The notes under the pieces are model-generated. The model searched no databases and was not told the origin of the DNA. It saw nothing but the letters and a program-made list of their open reading frames with translations. 64,000 bases of DNA, taken from positions 2,377 to 66,376 of the forward strand of contig JAKBMB010000025.1 in NCBI GenBank assembly GCA_021831785.1, given 5' to 3'. The translations under genes were made by a program, and so were the position numbers. Positions 18,733 through 29,181 of this stretch are shown here, piece after piece (within the stretch, counting starts at the first letter, position 1; every line of letters begins with the position of its first letter). The DNA comes from Deltaproteobacteria bacterium (GTDB taxonomy: Bacteria; Desulfobacterota; Binatia; Binatales; Binataceae).

Positions 18733-19002
18733 GACTGTGGGTCTCGCGGAGCGCGCCATTCGCGCCTGATTCGGATTAAGCATAAAATCTGAACTGGGGG
18801 TGAACGGCTTTGACCGGCGTTGCGCGCCGCTCGCTCTAGAGGCTTCGGCTTGCCCAAAGGCGCACTAAAGTTTAGCACATCTGGGCGCCGCGAGCGGGTA
18901 AGCCTTGCACAACGGACCGAGTGGTTACCCAGGCCCGTGCTTAAATTCGTCCTTCGCTATAACGGTTGACGAAGCCGGCATTTGTTAGGGATGAGCGGAG
19001 TC

Positions 19003-20355
19003 ATGCTCAAGTCGAAAGCTGGTCACGGCCGCCATCGCTTGTTCACACCCTCTTCGCTGCGAGACCTGCTTGATTCTGTGAGTCGGCGAGTAGCGCGGTC
19101 GAGGCCGTGGAGGGTCTTGTGCCTATCGGTCAAAAACTTTGTCCGCAACAATGATCCGCTGTGGGCATCGGCGCTCACTTACACGACCACCCTTTCGATA
19201 GTTCCAATTCTGGCGCTTGCCCTGTCCACTGTTGGCGCCCTCCACGCCACCGCGGGCTTGCATCGGTTGATCCAGCGTTACATCGCGGCCGGCTCGCCCG
19301 AGATCGCTGATAGAATTGTGAGCTTCGTTTCCAACACGGACAACAGCGAATTGAGCGCTTTTGGCGGCGTCGCGCTGCTGGTCACCGCGATAATGACGCT
19401 GGGCGCAGTGGAGCAGGCGTTCAACAATATATTTCACGCGCCCGAGGCGCGTAGCCTCGCGCGCAAAGTCACGGATTACCTCGGCGTGATTTTCGCCGTT
19501 CCGCCGATCATCGTCGCGACCGTCGCGTTTCGGGAGGGTATCGCGGGCTTCCTGCCGCATTGGGTAGTGCTGCGATGGGTGGTTTCCAGTCTCATGCTGT
19601 GGGGAAGCATCTGCTTTCTTTATATCTTCTTCCCCTATACGAAGGTCCGCGGCAGCAGCGCGCTGGTGGGCGGGCTTGCGGCCGCGTTGATGCTTGACCT
19701 GGCGCGGAGAGCGTTCATCCATTTCCAGTACGGGGTCTCGAGCTATAAAGCGATATACGGAGCGCTGGCGGCAATCCCGATACTCATGACCTGGACCTAC
19801 ATCAGTTGGACAATTTTGTTGTATGGCGGAGAGCTGGCTGCGGCATTGCAAAGCGGGGCGGACGTGTACCGCCCGCAAGACGAGCCATCACCGCAGGACT
19901 TCGCGCGAGGCGCCGCGCTGCTCACGATGCTTCGCTTGGCGGAGCGCATGATGAACCGGCGCGCGCGCGTTAGCGTGGACAGCATCGCAGGCGAATTGGG
20001 CGTGGCGCAAGAGACACTGACGCCGGTCTTGTCTCGGCTCAAGGACGCCGGTCTGGTGGTTGAGGCTCAAGACCGGCGCAGCGAGTTCCAGCACCAGGGG
20101 CTCTTCCTGGCGCGCGACCCCGGCCTCATTTCCCTGGCGGAGGTGATACAGCACGCGCACGCCGTTGGCGAGGTGCACGTGCATGACCCGCGCGTGCAGA
20201 GCGCGATTCATCTGCTTGCTCAGCGCGAGAGCGAAATTTTACAACCCCTTACGGTCCGCGACCTGCTCGGCGACGGGGGCGCGGGCGACCAACTGGTCAA
20301 ACAAGGCGCCGTGGGCGCGGCTGAAGCGGCGCTATTGAGGATTGCAAAACATTGA
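19003..20355 (+). CDS. YihY/virulence factor BrkB family membrane protein with C-terminal winged helix
   Basis: ASALTYTTTLSIVP, AFNNIF, YKAIYGALAAIPILMTWTYISW; Rrf2-like tail (LARDPGLISLAEVI). Confidence 0.88.
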   Translation: MLKSKAGHGRHRLFTPSSLRDLLDSVSRRVARSRPWRVLCLSVKNFVRNNDPLWASALTYTTTLSIVPILALALSTVGALHATAGLHRLIQRYIAAGSPEIADRIVSFVSNTDNSELSAFGGVALLVTAIMTLGAVEQAFNNIFHAPEARSLARKVTDYLGVIFAVPPIIVATVAFREGIAGFLPHWVVLRWVVSSLMLWGSICFLYIFFPYTKVRGSSALVGGLAAALMLDLARRAFIHFQYGVSSYKAIYGALAAIPILMTWTYISWTILLYGGELAAALQSGADVYRPQDEPSPQDFARGAALLTMLRLAERMMNRRARVSVDSIAGELGVAQETLTPVLSRLKDAGLVVEAQDRRSEFQHQGLFLARDPGLISLAEVIQHAHAVGEVHVHDPRVQSAIHLLAQRESEILQPLTVRDLLGDGGAGDQLVKQGAVGAAEAALLRIAKH

Positions 20356-20445
20356 GACCGCGCGGGGTCGTGGGCTGCGCGCCCGCCGGCTTACCGAGGA
20401 CTGCGGAAGGTAGTGACAGGCGCACTTTCAGCTTGGCCTTCTGCC

Positions 20446-20522
20446 GTGGAACAGGCTTTTAGCCTGTCATCTCGGGCTAAAGGCCCGAGCCACTGTCATC
20501 TCAGGCTGGAAGCCTGAGCCAC
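20446..20522. repeat. Cluster of three GTGG-type REP-like hairpins
   Basis: GTGGAACAGGCTTTTAGCCTGT (+, 20446-20467), GTGGCTCGGGCCTTTAGCCCGAG (-, 20471-20493), GTGGCTCAGGCTTCCAGCCTGAG (-, 20500-20522). Confidence 0.75.
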
Positions 20523-20612
20523 CACCCCCATCCTGACCTTCCCCCGCGTCGCGGCGAAGGCCCTATTTCCGGTTCCTTCTCCCGCTCTGCGGGGGAAGGA
20601 GTCAGCAGGTGC
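20523..20612. repeat. Degenerate pair of CCCTCTCCC/GGGAGAGG-type palindromic repeats
   Basis: cccccatcctgaccttcccccgcgtcgcggcgaagg and ccttctcccgctctgcgggggaagg; similar to 59047-59182. Confidence 0.5.
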
Positions 20613-20638
20613 GGCAGTTAAGAGGCGTTCCGCGGCCC

Positions 20639-21562
20639 TCATTCCTGGCTGGGGAAAACAAACGACACGGGCGTTAAGCGATGCCATCCGGCTTCGCCGA
20701 GCAAAAGGTCAAGCGCGATGCTGCCGGCGTCGTCGGCGACAGGATCGAGCCCGGGCCCCTTCTCCATGTACAGGAGCTTGAGGTAGACCTTGCACTTCTC
20801 GCAGCTCTCGGCCTTGAGCGCCTGATCGCCGCCCTCGATACCGTAATAGGCGATTTCTTCGGTCGATTCGCAATTGCTGCACGTGATTCGCGCCATGCGC
20901 CATTGCGTGGCACACAAGCTGCAGCATAGGTAGCGATTACCCCGAATCACCGGCTCGGCCGAGACGATGCCGCTGACCGGCGGCGACCCGCACACCGGGC
21001 AATTTCCCGGCGGGGTGAGCCTCACGATTGTATCGGCGTCGCATAGGTGGGCCATCTTGGCCCAGTAAACTTGCAGCGCGGCGCTGATTAACGGGGCGAT
21101 CGCCGGATCAACTGGCTTGTACACCTGACGCAAAAGCGCGCTCGCCCAAGCCTCCACAACCGCCGCGTCAAGCTGCCGCGCACGCTCTATCGCCGAGTTG
21201 GTCTGCGCGGGGAGCGCGGCGCCGGCGAGCTCGCGCAGTATGCCCGTGAACGCAGCTTGCCAGCTTACGCCGAGCTTAATGCTCGCGGCTGCCAGCGGCG
21301 GCAAGCCCGCAGCGCGACGGCGTTCGATCTCGGACGGCGCCGGGGAGTCAAGGAGATTCAATCTGCGAACCGCCGCCTCCTGCGCCCGCGCCAAAATACC
21401 CATGAAGACAAAGAAGTCCTTGGGTTGGCGCGATAGGGCGATACGATCGAAACGGTCAGCGCGTCTGAGGAAAAGCGAATCGGGATTAGGCAGGCGTACG
21501 AACGGCGCTTGAGCGCCCGGCTGTAGCGCTTGCGTGTCCAGCGGAAATGAGGTGTCGCTCAC
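20639..21562 (-). CDS. fdhE: Formate dehydrogenase maturation protein FdhE
   Basis: CPVCGSPP, RYLCCSLCATQW, RITCSNC, KAESCEKCKVYLK, DPVADD; GTG start just after fdoI. Confidence 0.93.
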   Translation of the reverse strand: MSDTSFPLDTQALQPGAQAPFVRLPNPDSLFLRRADRFDRIALSRQPKDFFVFMGILARAQEAAVRRLNLLDSPAPSEIERRRAAGLPPLAAASIKLGVSWQAAFTGILRELAGAALPAQTNSAIERARQLDAAVVEAWASALLRQVYKPVDPAIAPLISAALQVYWAKMAHLCDADTIVRLTPPGNCPVCGSPPVSGIVSAEPVIRGNRYLCCSLCATQWRMARITCSNCESTEEIAYYGIEGGDQALKAESCEKCKVYLKLLYMEKGPGLDPVADDAGSIALDLLLGEAGWHRLTPVSFVFPSQE

Positions 21563-21567
21563 CCGCT

Positions 21568-22200
21568 TTATGCCTTGCCCTCCGAGATCTCCCGGTACCA
21601 TTCCGGGTGATGTTGCCGCGCCCAGGCAGGCGTTACCTTGCCGCCCACCATCGCGTGGATGGAGCCCTTGACCCAGATGCTCGCATAGATGTGCACGATG
21701 ATTCCTTCGACGAGCACGAAAGCTGCCAAAGCATGAATGGCGGCGGCCGATTGGCGCACCCAAAGCGGGAAGTACAAAGCAAAGTATGCGTACCACATGA
21801 CGATGCCGCTGAGCAGCAGCAGCGCGAGGCTTGCCACCAACACCCAGAACAAAATCTTCTGGCCGGCGTTGTAGCGGCCCGCCGGAGGCAGGTGCTCTTC
21901 ACGGTTGCCGATTACGTCCGAGATTTGCGAAAGCCAGCGGCGATCGTTGTCGTTCAAGTAGTTGTCGCGCCACATCCATTTGGCCATCAGCACGAAGGCG
22001 ACTACCATCACGATTCCCGTCCAAGGATGGAGGATACGCGTCCAAGGACCGCCGCCGAAAAGGTTCGTCAAAAAGAACAAGCTCGGATGGAACAGCGCGA
22101 GTCCGCTCAGGCTGGAAAGGAAAAACGTGATCGCCACGATCCAATGATTGATTCGCTCGCTCGCGTCGTAGCGAACGATAGTTTCCTCTTCGCTGCTCAT
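21568..22200 (-). CDS. fdoI: Formate dehydrogenase-O/N cytochrome b556 (gamma) subunit
   Basis: ERINHW, LSGLALFHP, RILHPW, GRYNAGQK, VHIY, WARQHHPEWY. Confidence 0.93.
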   Translation of the reverse strand: MSSEEETIVRYDASERINHWIVAITFFLSSLSGLALFHPSLFFLTNLFGGGPWTRILHPWTGIVMVVAFVLMAKWMWRDNYLNDNDRRWLSQISDVIGNREEHLPPAGRYNAGQKILFWVLVASLALLLLSGIVMWYAYFALYFPLWVRQSAAAIHALAAFVLVEGIIVHIYASIWVKGSIHAMVGGKVTPAWARQHHPEWYREISEGKA

Positions 22201-22353
22201 GGTTGCCTCGAGCTAGTTTGGAGCTGCTATACGTTTGATATGGATGAACGCCGCCCGGCGAGGCGTACTGATTCGCGGTGCGTTCGCGCTTTCCCGCCGG
22301 GTCTGCGCTGTTACCTCACCGACCTGCTTGCCTCGCCCTGCGGCCGGTAAAGC

Positions 22354-23235
22354 TTAAGTCCTGTCCCTCCGGTCGCTCGCCTTCTTTTCGTGCTTCACCT
22401 CGTTGGGTCCGACATCGACGTAGTGCAGGAACCCGACCAGTACCGAGGCGCCCAAGGCAAGCATCGCCAGCGGCTTGGTAATGCCTTTCCAGAGCTTGAC
22501 CACCGGGCTGATTTTGGGATCCTTCGGTAGCTCGTAAAGCTCGGGCTGGTCGGCGTGCTGAAGTACATATATGACGTGCGTTCCGCCGACTCCAGCGGGG
22601 TCATAGATGCCGGCGTTCTTGAAGCCGCGCTCCTGAAGTTCCGCCACGCGGTCGGCCGCGTGCTCACGCATCGCTTCCTTGCTGCCGAAGACAAGCGCCT
22701 GGGTCGGGCAGGCCTTGATGCAGGCGGGTTCGAGCCCTACCGCCACGCGGTCGGAACAGAGCGTACACTTATAGGCTTTGTCGTCCTGCTTGGAGATGCG
22801 CGGGATGTTGAACGGGCATCCGGTGATGCAGTAGCCGCAGCCGATGCAGTTCTCCTCGACGAAGTCGACGATCCCATTGGAGTACTTGACGATGGCGCCC
22901 GGTGACGGGCACGCCTCGAGGCATCCGGGCTCCGCGCAGTGCATGCACCCGTCTTTTCGGATGAGCCATTCGAGGTGTCCCGCCGGCTCGACCTCGTAAA
23001 AGCGCATCAAGGTCCACGACGCCGGGGTCAAGTCGGCCGGGTTCTGATACGAGCCGAAATTGAAGCCTACCTCGTCGCGCAGGTCGTTCCATTCCATGCA
23101 CGCCGCTTGACAGGCCTTGCATCCGATGCACTTGGAAATGTCGATGAGCTTGGCGACCTCTTCGGTGCGCCTAATCCCCGGAGAAGGCAGGGTCGTCGCC
23201 GAACGTGCGGCAATGTCGAGCGATTGTAACGGCAT
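22354..23235 (-). CDS. fdoH: Formate dehydrogenase-O/N iron-sulfur (beta) subunit
   Basis: [41 protein letters not shown]-terminal TM anchor. Confidence 0.95.
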   Translation of the reverse strand: MPLQSLDIAARSATTLPSPGIRRTEEVAKLIDISKCIGCKACQAACMEWNDLRDEVGFNFGSYQNPADLTPASWTLMRFYEVEPAGHLEWLIRKDGCMHCAEPGCLEACPSPGAIVKYSNGIVDFVEENCIGCGYCITGCPFNIPRISKQDDKAYKCTLCSDRVAVGLEPACIKACPTQALVFGSKEAMREHAADRVAELQERGFKNAGIYDPAGVGGTHVIYVLQHADQPELYELPKDPKISPVVKLWKGITKPLAMLALGASVLVGFLHYVDVGPNEVKHEKKASDRRDRT

Positions 23236-23253
23236 AGCGCAAGCCTCCCCTTC

Positions 23254-26200
23254 TCAAGCCCTCTCGACGTTGACCAGAAAAGCCTTGGTTTCCGGCGTCT
23301 GAGTGTTGGCATCACCAACACAAGGAGTCAGCACGTTAGCCGGGAAGCCCTTGCGAGTAAGCCCGGTGAAACCCCAGTGGATGGGGATGCCGACGTGTTG
23401 GATCACCTTGCCGTTGACCGTCAGGGGTTTGATGCGCTTGGTCACCACCGCCACTGCTCTAATCCGTCCGCGCGCGCTGGTGACGATGATCTCGCCCCCG
23501 TTGACGATGCCTTTTTCCGCCGCCAATTGCTCGGAGATCTCGACGAACTGCTGCGGCTGCAAAATAGCGTTGATCAGGCAATGCTTGCTCCAGTAATGGA
23601 ACAACTCGGTGAGGCGATAAGTCGTGCCCACGTACGGGAACTCCGAACTGTTCCCAAGTTCGCTGTGGTCGTCCTTGTAAACGCGCGCCACCGGGTTGGT
23701 GACCACCTTAGGATGAATCGGATTAGTGCCAAGCGGCGTCTCAAACGGCTCGTAATGCTCGGGGAACGGGCCGTCCTTGACGAAGGCACGGCTAAACAGG
23801 CGACCCACGCCCTCGGGATGCATGATAAAGGGTCCCATGTCCTTGCTGGGCGCGGCGGTAGGAACGTAGTCGGGCACGTCAAGCCCGACCCACTTCGTGC
23901 CGTTCCAATGGATTAGCGGGCGGTTAGGGTCCCACGGCTTGCCGTTAGCGTCGCAGGAGGCGCGATTATACAGGATTCGCCGGTTGGCCGGCCACGAGAA
24001 AGCCCACCCCGGCACCAAGCCGCGGTCCCCCGGGTCATGGGTCTCGCGTCGCGCCATCTGGTTGCCCTTCTCGGTCCAGCAGCCGCTGTAAATCCAGCAT
24101 CCGCAGGCGGTGCTGCCGTCGTCGCGAAGCTGGGCGAAAGTCGCGAGCTGCTGACCTGCCTTGACCAGCACCTTGGTCGGATCCTGCGGGTCCTTTACGT
24201 CCGTGATGGCGTAGCCGTTAAGTTCCCGCGCCAGCTCAGCCGGCATGGGCCGTTCTGGGATCAGATAAGGCCAGTGCAAATTCAGAATCGGCTCGGGAAA
24301 GACGCCGCCTTCCTTGCGATAAAGCTCGCGTATCCGCAAAAACAGCGCCGCTATGATGTCAATGTCGGTGCGCGCTTCGTCCGGCGGGTCTTGGCCCCGA
24401 TAGTGCCATTGTAGCCAGCGCGAACTATTGGTCAGCGAGCCCTCGTCCTCGGCAAAACAGATGCTGGGCAGGCGAAAGACCTCGGTCATTATCTTGGAGC
24501 TGTCCGCGGGATTGTATTCGCCGTGGTTCTCAAAAAACGCCGAGGTTTCCGTAGCCAAGGGATCGATGACGACCAGAAATTTGAGCTTGCCGAGCCCGGC
24601 CAGCGTTTTGGCCTTGTTGGGCGAGGCTTGCAGCGGGTTGAAGCCCTGGCAAATGTAGCCGTTCATCTTGCCCTGGACCATCAAATCTTGCACCCGCAGC
24701 ATGTCGTATTCGTGGTCCACCCGGTCAAGCTTCGGCAGCCACCCATAACCGTAATCGTTCTCTTTGGTAGCGGCCGGTCCGTACAGCACCTTCATCAGAC
24801 TGACGAAGAACTTTGGGTAATTAGACCAGTAATTGAGCTGCCCTGGCCGTAGCGGCTTGGGCGTCCGTTTGGCCAAGTAAGTCGCCAGATTGGGCTCGGC
24901 GGCGGCCGGCAGAGTCAGATACCCCGGCATCAGATTACTCAGCAGCCCCAGGTCGGTGAGACCTTGAATATTGGAATGGCCGCGCAGCGCGTTAAGTCCC
25001 CCGCCGGACATGCCGACATTGCCCAGCAGGAGCTGGATTATAGCCATGCAGCGGATGTTTTGCGTCCCCACGCTGTGGTTGGTCCAGCCCAGTGCGTACA
25101 GGCTGGTCATCGTACGGTTGAGGGCGGCGGTGGAGGCGATTAGCTTACACACCTCAAGGAACTTGTCCTTCGGCGAGCCAGTGACGTTTACCACTACCTC
25201 CGGCGTATAACGGGAGTAGTGCTGCTTCATTAGCTGGAAGACGCAGCGCGGATGCTGCAAGGTCTCGTCCACTTGGACGTAGCCGTCCGGCCCGAGCTCG
25301 TAGTCCCACGTGCTGTGGTCGTATTCGCGTTTGTCGGAGTCGTAGCCGCTAAACAGCCCCTCGGAGAAGCCGAATCCGTCCTTGACGATAAAGGAGGCGT
25401 TGGTGAAGGCTTTGACGTATTCGTGCTGGATGGCGTCCTTGGTCAGCAGGTAGTTGATCACGCCGCCTAGGAACGCGATGTCGGTGCCGGCCCGAAGCGG
25501 CACGTAAACGTCCGCCACCGCCGCGGTTCGGTTGAAGCGCGGGTCAACGACGATGAGTGTCGCCTTGTTGCGCGCCTTGGCTTCAATCACCCACTTGAAG
25601 CCGACCGGATGTGCCTCGGCGGTGTTTCCGCCCATCACCAAGATAACGTTCGCGTTCTTGATGTCGATCCAGTTATTGGTCATCGCGCCACGGCCGAATG
25701 ATGGGGCCAAACTGGCCACCGTTGGGCCGTGTCAGACGCGTGCCTGATTGTCAAACCCTAGGATGCCTAGGCTGCGAACCGTCTTGAAGGTGAGGAAACC
25801 CGCCTCGTTGGTCGAAGCCGATGCCGCGAGCATGCCCGTGGTCAGCCATCGATTAACGTCTTCGCCCTGTGCATTTTTAGCCACGAAATTGCGGTCGCGG
25901 TCTTCCTTCATCAGATGCGCGATGCGGTCGGTCGCCCAGTCCCATGACACGCGCTTGAAGCCGCTCTCGCCCGGCGCTCGATATTGAGGATAGAGCAGCC
26001 GGCTCGGGCTGTGGACGAAATCAAGAAGTCCCGCGCCCTTCGGGCACAGACTGCCGCGGCTCACGGGATGGTCCGCGTCGCCCTCGATGTGCATAATCGA
26101 GGCGCGATTGTTCTGGGCGCGGTCGCCAAGACTGTACATGATCACGCCGCAAGCAACCGCGCAGTAAGGGCACGTGTTTCTGACCTCGGTCGTGCGTGAA

Positions 26201-26319
26201 AGCTTGAATTCACGCACCTCGGCCACGGCCTCGGCAGCGGGAAACCCCAAGGCCGCCATGCTGGAGCCTGCCAGAGCTGCCCCGCTCAACTTAAAGAATT
26301 GGCGCCGGCTCAATTCCAT
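23254..26319 (-). CDS. fdoG: Formate dehydrogenase-O/N alpha subunit, selenocysteine-containing (1021 aa, split in the ORF track)
   Basis: Tat signal SRRQFFK, CPYCAVAC...LCPKG; in-frame TGA at 25734-25732 in DNQARV-U-HGPTVASLAPSFGRGAMTN joins ORFs 25732..26319 and 23254..25719. Confidence 0.96.
25703..25720 (-). promoter_or_regulatory. SECIS element of fdoG
   Basis: UGA-CACGGCCCAAC (11 nt)-GGUGGCCAGUUUGGCCCC, same geometry as the E. coli fdhF/fdnG SECIS. Confidence 0.85.
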
Positions 26320-26635
26320 GTAAATTCACTCCCCCAAAGCTTGGGTGCTCGGACAACATTCCGTCTAAAGCGTAGCCAATTAGTGCGCGCTTAGTTCCGA
26401 ATGATTATTCGCTGTCCTAAATGTGTCAATGCTAGACCCGATAACTCCGAATTTCAACAGGGTTTCCGTGGCTGCCGACCTTACAGGGCGGGGTCAACGG
26501 GCAACAGAGGTTGTGCTCTACAGAAGGCCCGCACGCCCACCGTCCTTAACGCCCAGCGCGCGCTCCGTCCCGCATATTTGCGCCCCCGTGGACCCTTTCG
26601 CCTGTGTTCACCGCGCACGACCCTGTTTTTATAGC

Positions 26636-26701
26636 GTTCAGTGAACATACAGTCCGATCACTGAACATAAAGTCAAGGACTTCAGTGAACAGGCAGTGAA
26701 T
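26636..26701. repeat. Three to four copies of the GTTCA-N-TGAAC palindrome in a divergent promoter region
   Basis: GTTCAGTGAAC 26636, GATCACTGAAC 26656, CTTCAGTGAAC 26680, partial GGCAGTGAAT 26692. Confidence 0.6.
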
Positions 26702-26747
26702 TGAACCAACGCGCGGCGGCAAAAAACCCGACGCAAAAACGCGACGT

Positions 26748-26777
26748 TTGACATACGTGGCTCCGCCGTTCTAAGTT
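26748..26777 (+). promoter_or_regulatory. Candidate sigma70 promoter for the E1 genes
   Basis: TTGACA-18 nt-TAAGTT. Confidence 0.4.
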
Positions 26778-27012
26778 TGACCCGGGGACTCAATTTCGCC
26801 GCGATTTCTTTCCGTCTCGGCTGCGCGCCGGACCGCAGCAGGCCCGTTTGCGGGTATGTGGCTCGGTGGGCTGCCTGATTGGGGCGCGCGTCGCGTGCAT
26901 CGAAGCGAGGCGGCCAGCCGGTGATGGGCTGGGTGTCTTTATCGCGGTTCGATTGGGGTGATTCAGGCGAGTTAAATCGACCAAAGATGCGTCTGGTTGC
27001 CGGAGGTTTATC

Positions 27013-28050
27013 ATGTGGAAGCCGGAGCCGAATCTCGAGGATTTGCGCTACCTCTTAGACCGCGCTGGCCTCACTGCTGACCTTTCACTTTCTGCCTTTC
27101 GGCAGATGTGTCTCATCCGCTTCTTTGAAGATGGGATCGCCGAGCGCTACTACGTCGGCAAGCAGCCCGAATTCAACCTGGCCTCGGGGCCAATTCGCGG
27201 GGAGATGCATCTGGCGGTCGGCCAAGAAGCTGTGGCGGTTGGGGTTTGCTCCTTGCTTGATGACGAGGACGCGGTGGTCAGCACCCATCGTCCCCATCAT
27301 CACGCGATCGCTAAGGGCCTGGCGCCGGGGCCGCTGGCGGCGGAGATCTTCGGCAAGGCGTCGGGCCTATGCCAGGGCAAGGGCGGACACATGCACCTGT
27401 TCGACAAAGCGAGCAATTTTTCGTGCAGCGGCATCGTGGGCGCTTCTTTCCCCCAGGCCGCAGGCGCCGCTCTGGCCTTTCAGTGCGCCGGCAAGCACCT
27501 GATCGCCGTAGCCTTCGCCGGCGAAGGGGCGGCCAATCACGGTACGTTCAGCGAAACCCTTAACGCGGCTTCCCTGTGGCAGCTTCCGCTAATCATCGTG
27601 ATTGAGGACAACCTCTATGCCGACTCGACGCCCAAATGGCAGGCGATGGCAACGGCCCAACACTATCAGCGTGCGCTGAGCTACAACATTCCCGCCTATC
27701 TGGTCGACGGGATGGACTTCATGGACGTCTATCGCGTGGCCAAGGCCGCGACCGAACGCGCCCGCCGCGGGCATGGCCCGACGGTCATCGAGGCGGTGTG
27801 TTATCGCTACCGTGGCCATTTTGAGGGCGACGCCGGCGAGTATCGCACCCAAGAAGAAGTCGATCTGTGGCGGTTGCGCGACCCTATTACGTTGCTCGGC
27901 GCGAGGCTTAAGAAGCTCGGTTGGGCCGATGATGGGACGCTGGAGCGGGAGCGCGAAGCGGCCAAACGTGAAGCCGAGCAAGCGCTGGCGTTTGCCGAAC
28001 AGAGTCCGTTGCCTGAGGCAAAGCAGGCCCTCATGGGGGTGTTCCGATGA
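27013..28050 (+). CDS. TPP-dependent 2-oxoacid/acetoin dehydrogenase E1 alpha subunit
   Basis: HLAVGQEA, STHRPHHH, GKGGHMH, GEGAANHG...EDN, YRYRGH; GGAGG RBS. Confidence 0.9.
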   Translation: MWKPEPNLEDLRYLLDRAGLTADLSLSAFRQMCLIRFFEDGIAERYYVGKQPEFNLASGPIRGEMHLAVGQEAVAVGVCSLLDDEDAVVSTHRPHHHAIAKGLAPGPLAAEIFGKASGLCQGKGGHMHLFDKASNFSCSGIVGASFPQAAGAALAFQCAGKHLIAVAFAGEGAANHGTFSETLNAASLWQLPLIIVIEDNLYADSTPKWQAMATAQHYQRALSYNIPAYLVDGMDFMDVYRVAKAATERARRGHGPTVIEAVCYRYRGHFEGDAGEYRTQEEVDLWRLRDPITLLGARLKKLGWADDGTLEREREAAKREAEQALAFAEQSPLPEAKQALMGVFR

Positions 28051-29084
28051 GAAAATTAAGAGGAATCGCCTTTGGAGTCGCCGAGGCCATCGATCAGGAG
28101 ATGGCCAAAAACGCCAAGATCATCGTTCTAGGCGAGGACGTCACCTACTGGGGCGCCGTATTCGGTTTCACTTACGGTCTGCATAAAAAGTACGGCCGCG
28201 ACCGGGTGATCGATACTCCCATCACGGAGCAAACCTTCATGGGGATAGCCGTGGGCGCGGCCGCGGCCGGGCTGCATCCGGTGGTGTCGCTGATGTTCGT
28301 CGATTTTCTCGGCGCCGGTTTCGACCAGATGTACAATCACATGGCCAAGAACCATTACATGTCCGGCGGGCAGTTCGCGATGCCGGTGACGGTGGTGACC
28401 GCGATCGGCTCCGGCTATGGCGACGCCGGACAACATTCCCAGGTTCTCTACAGCCTTTTCGCCCATGTGCCGGGCTTCAAGGTCGTCGTGCCCTCGACTG
28501 CTTACGATGCCAAGGGTCTGACTTCGACCGCCCTGCAGGACCCCAACCCGGTCGTCATCTTTGGTCATAAGCTTTTGACCGGCCTGCCCTTCCTGCCGTT
28601 CGAGGGTGAGGAGGAAGAGGTTCCGGAGGAGCCGTACACGATCGAATTCGGCAAGGCCGCAGTGCGCCGCGAAGGCAGCGACCTGACGATTATTTCCGCC
28701 GGCCTGATGGTGCATCGCAGTCTGCGCGCCGCGGAGCACTTGGAGCGCGAGGGCATTTCGGCCGAGGTGATCGACGTGCGCACGCTGGTGCCGCTCGACG
28801 TTCAGACGCTGGTGTCTTCGGCGCGCAAGACGGGCCGCGTCCTGATAGTTGACGAGGACTACCAAAGCTATGGCATGAGCGGGGAATTGGCCTTCCGTAT
28901 CCAAGCGCAATCATTCGGGACGCTCAAGGCGCCGATAAGACGCGTTGCGACGCCCGACGTGCCGATACCTTTCTCGCAGCCGCTGGAAAACGCGGTAATG
29001 CCCGGGGTAGAACGGATTTGCGAAGAAGCCAGGCTGCTCGCCGGACAAGCCTCGCGCGAGGCGGCCCTTGCACAGCCGGCTTAG
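28047..29084 (+). CDS. TPP-dependent 2-oxoacid/acetoin dehydrogenase E1 beta subunit
   Basis: LGEDV, DTPITEQ, MFVDF, QHSQ, EVIDVRTLVPLD; ATGA overlap with the alpha gene. Confidence 0.9.
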   Translation: MRKLRGIAFGVAEAIDQEMAKNAKIIVLGEDVTYWGAVFGFTYGLHKKYGRDRVIDTPITEQTFMGIAVGAAAAGLHPVVSLMFVDFLGAGFDQMYNHMAKNHYMSGGQFAMPVTVVTAIGSGYGDAGQHSQVLYSLFAHVPGFKVVVPSTAYDAKGLTSTALQDPNPVVIFGHKLLTGLPFLPFEGEEEEVPEEPYTIEFGKAAVRREGSDLTIISAGLMVHRSLRAAEHLEREGISAEVIDVRTLVPLDVQTLVSSARKTGRVLIVDEDYQSYGMSGELAFRIQAQSFGTLKAPIRRVATPDVPIPFSQPLENAVMPGVERICEEARLLAGQASREAALAQPA

Positions 29085-29181
29085 CCGGCGCTTCGGCGGC
29101 GCGACTCGACGCGAAAGCGAGCTGTACGGCAGTGTGGAATCGAGAATCCAAGACCAAGACTCAAATAAGGAACAGGTGGAC

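Noticed and set aside
19003-20355. YihY-Rrf2 fusion as a novelty
   Set aside because: This architecture is already common in the family
20446-20612. Mini CRISPR array
   Set aside because: Units are in mixed orientation, nearly abutting, without unique spacers, and there are no cas genes
25732-25734. fdoG pseudogene
   Set aside because: TGA is at the conserved Sec position and has a SECIS
26401-26634. ORF starting MIIRCPKC, like an MJ0042 zinc ribbon
   Set aside because: No second CxxC, no RBS, and it lies in the fdoG promoter region
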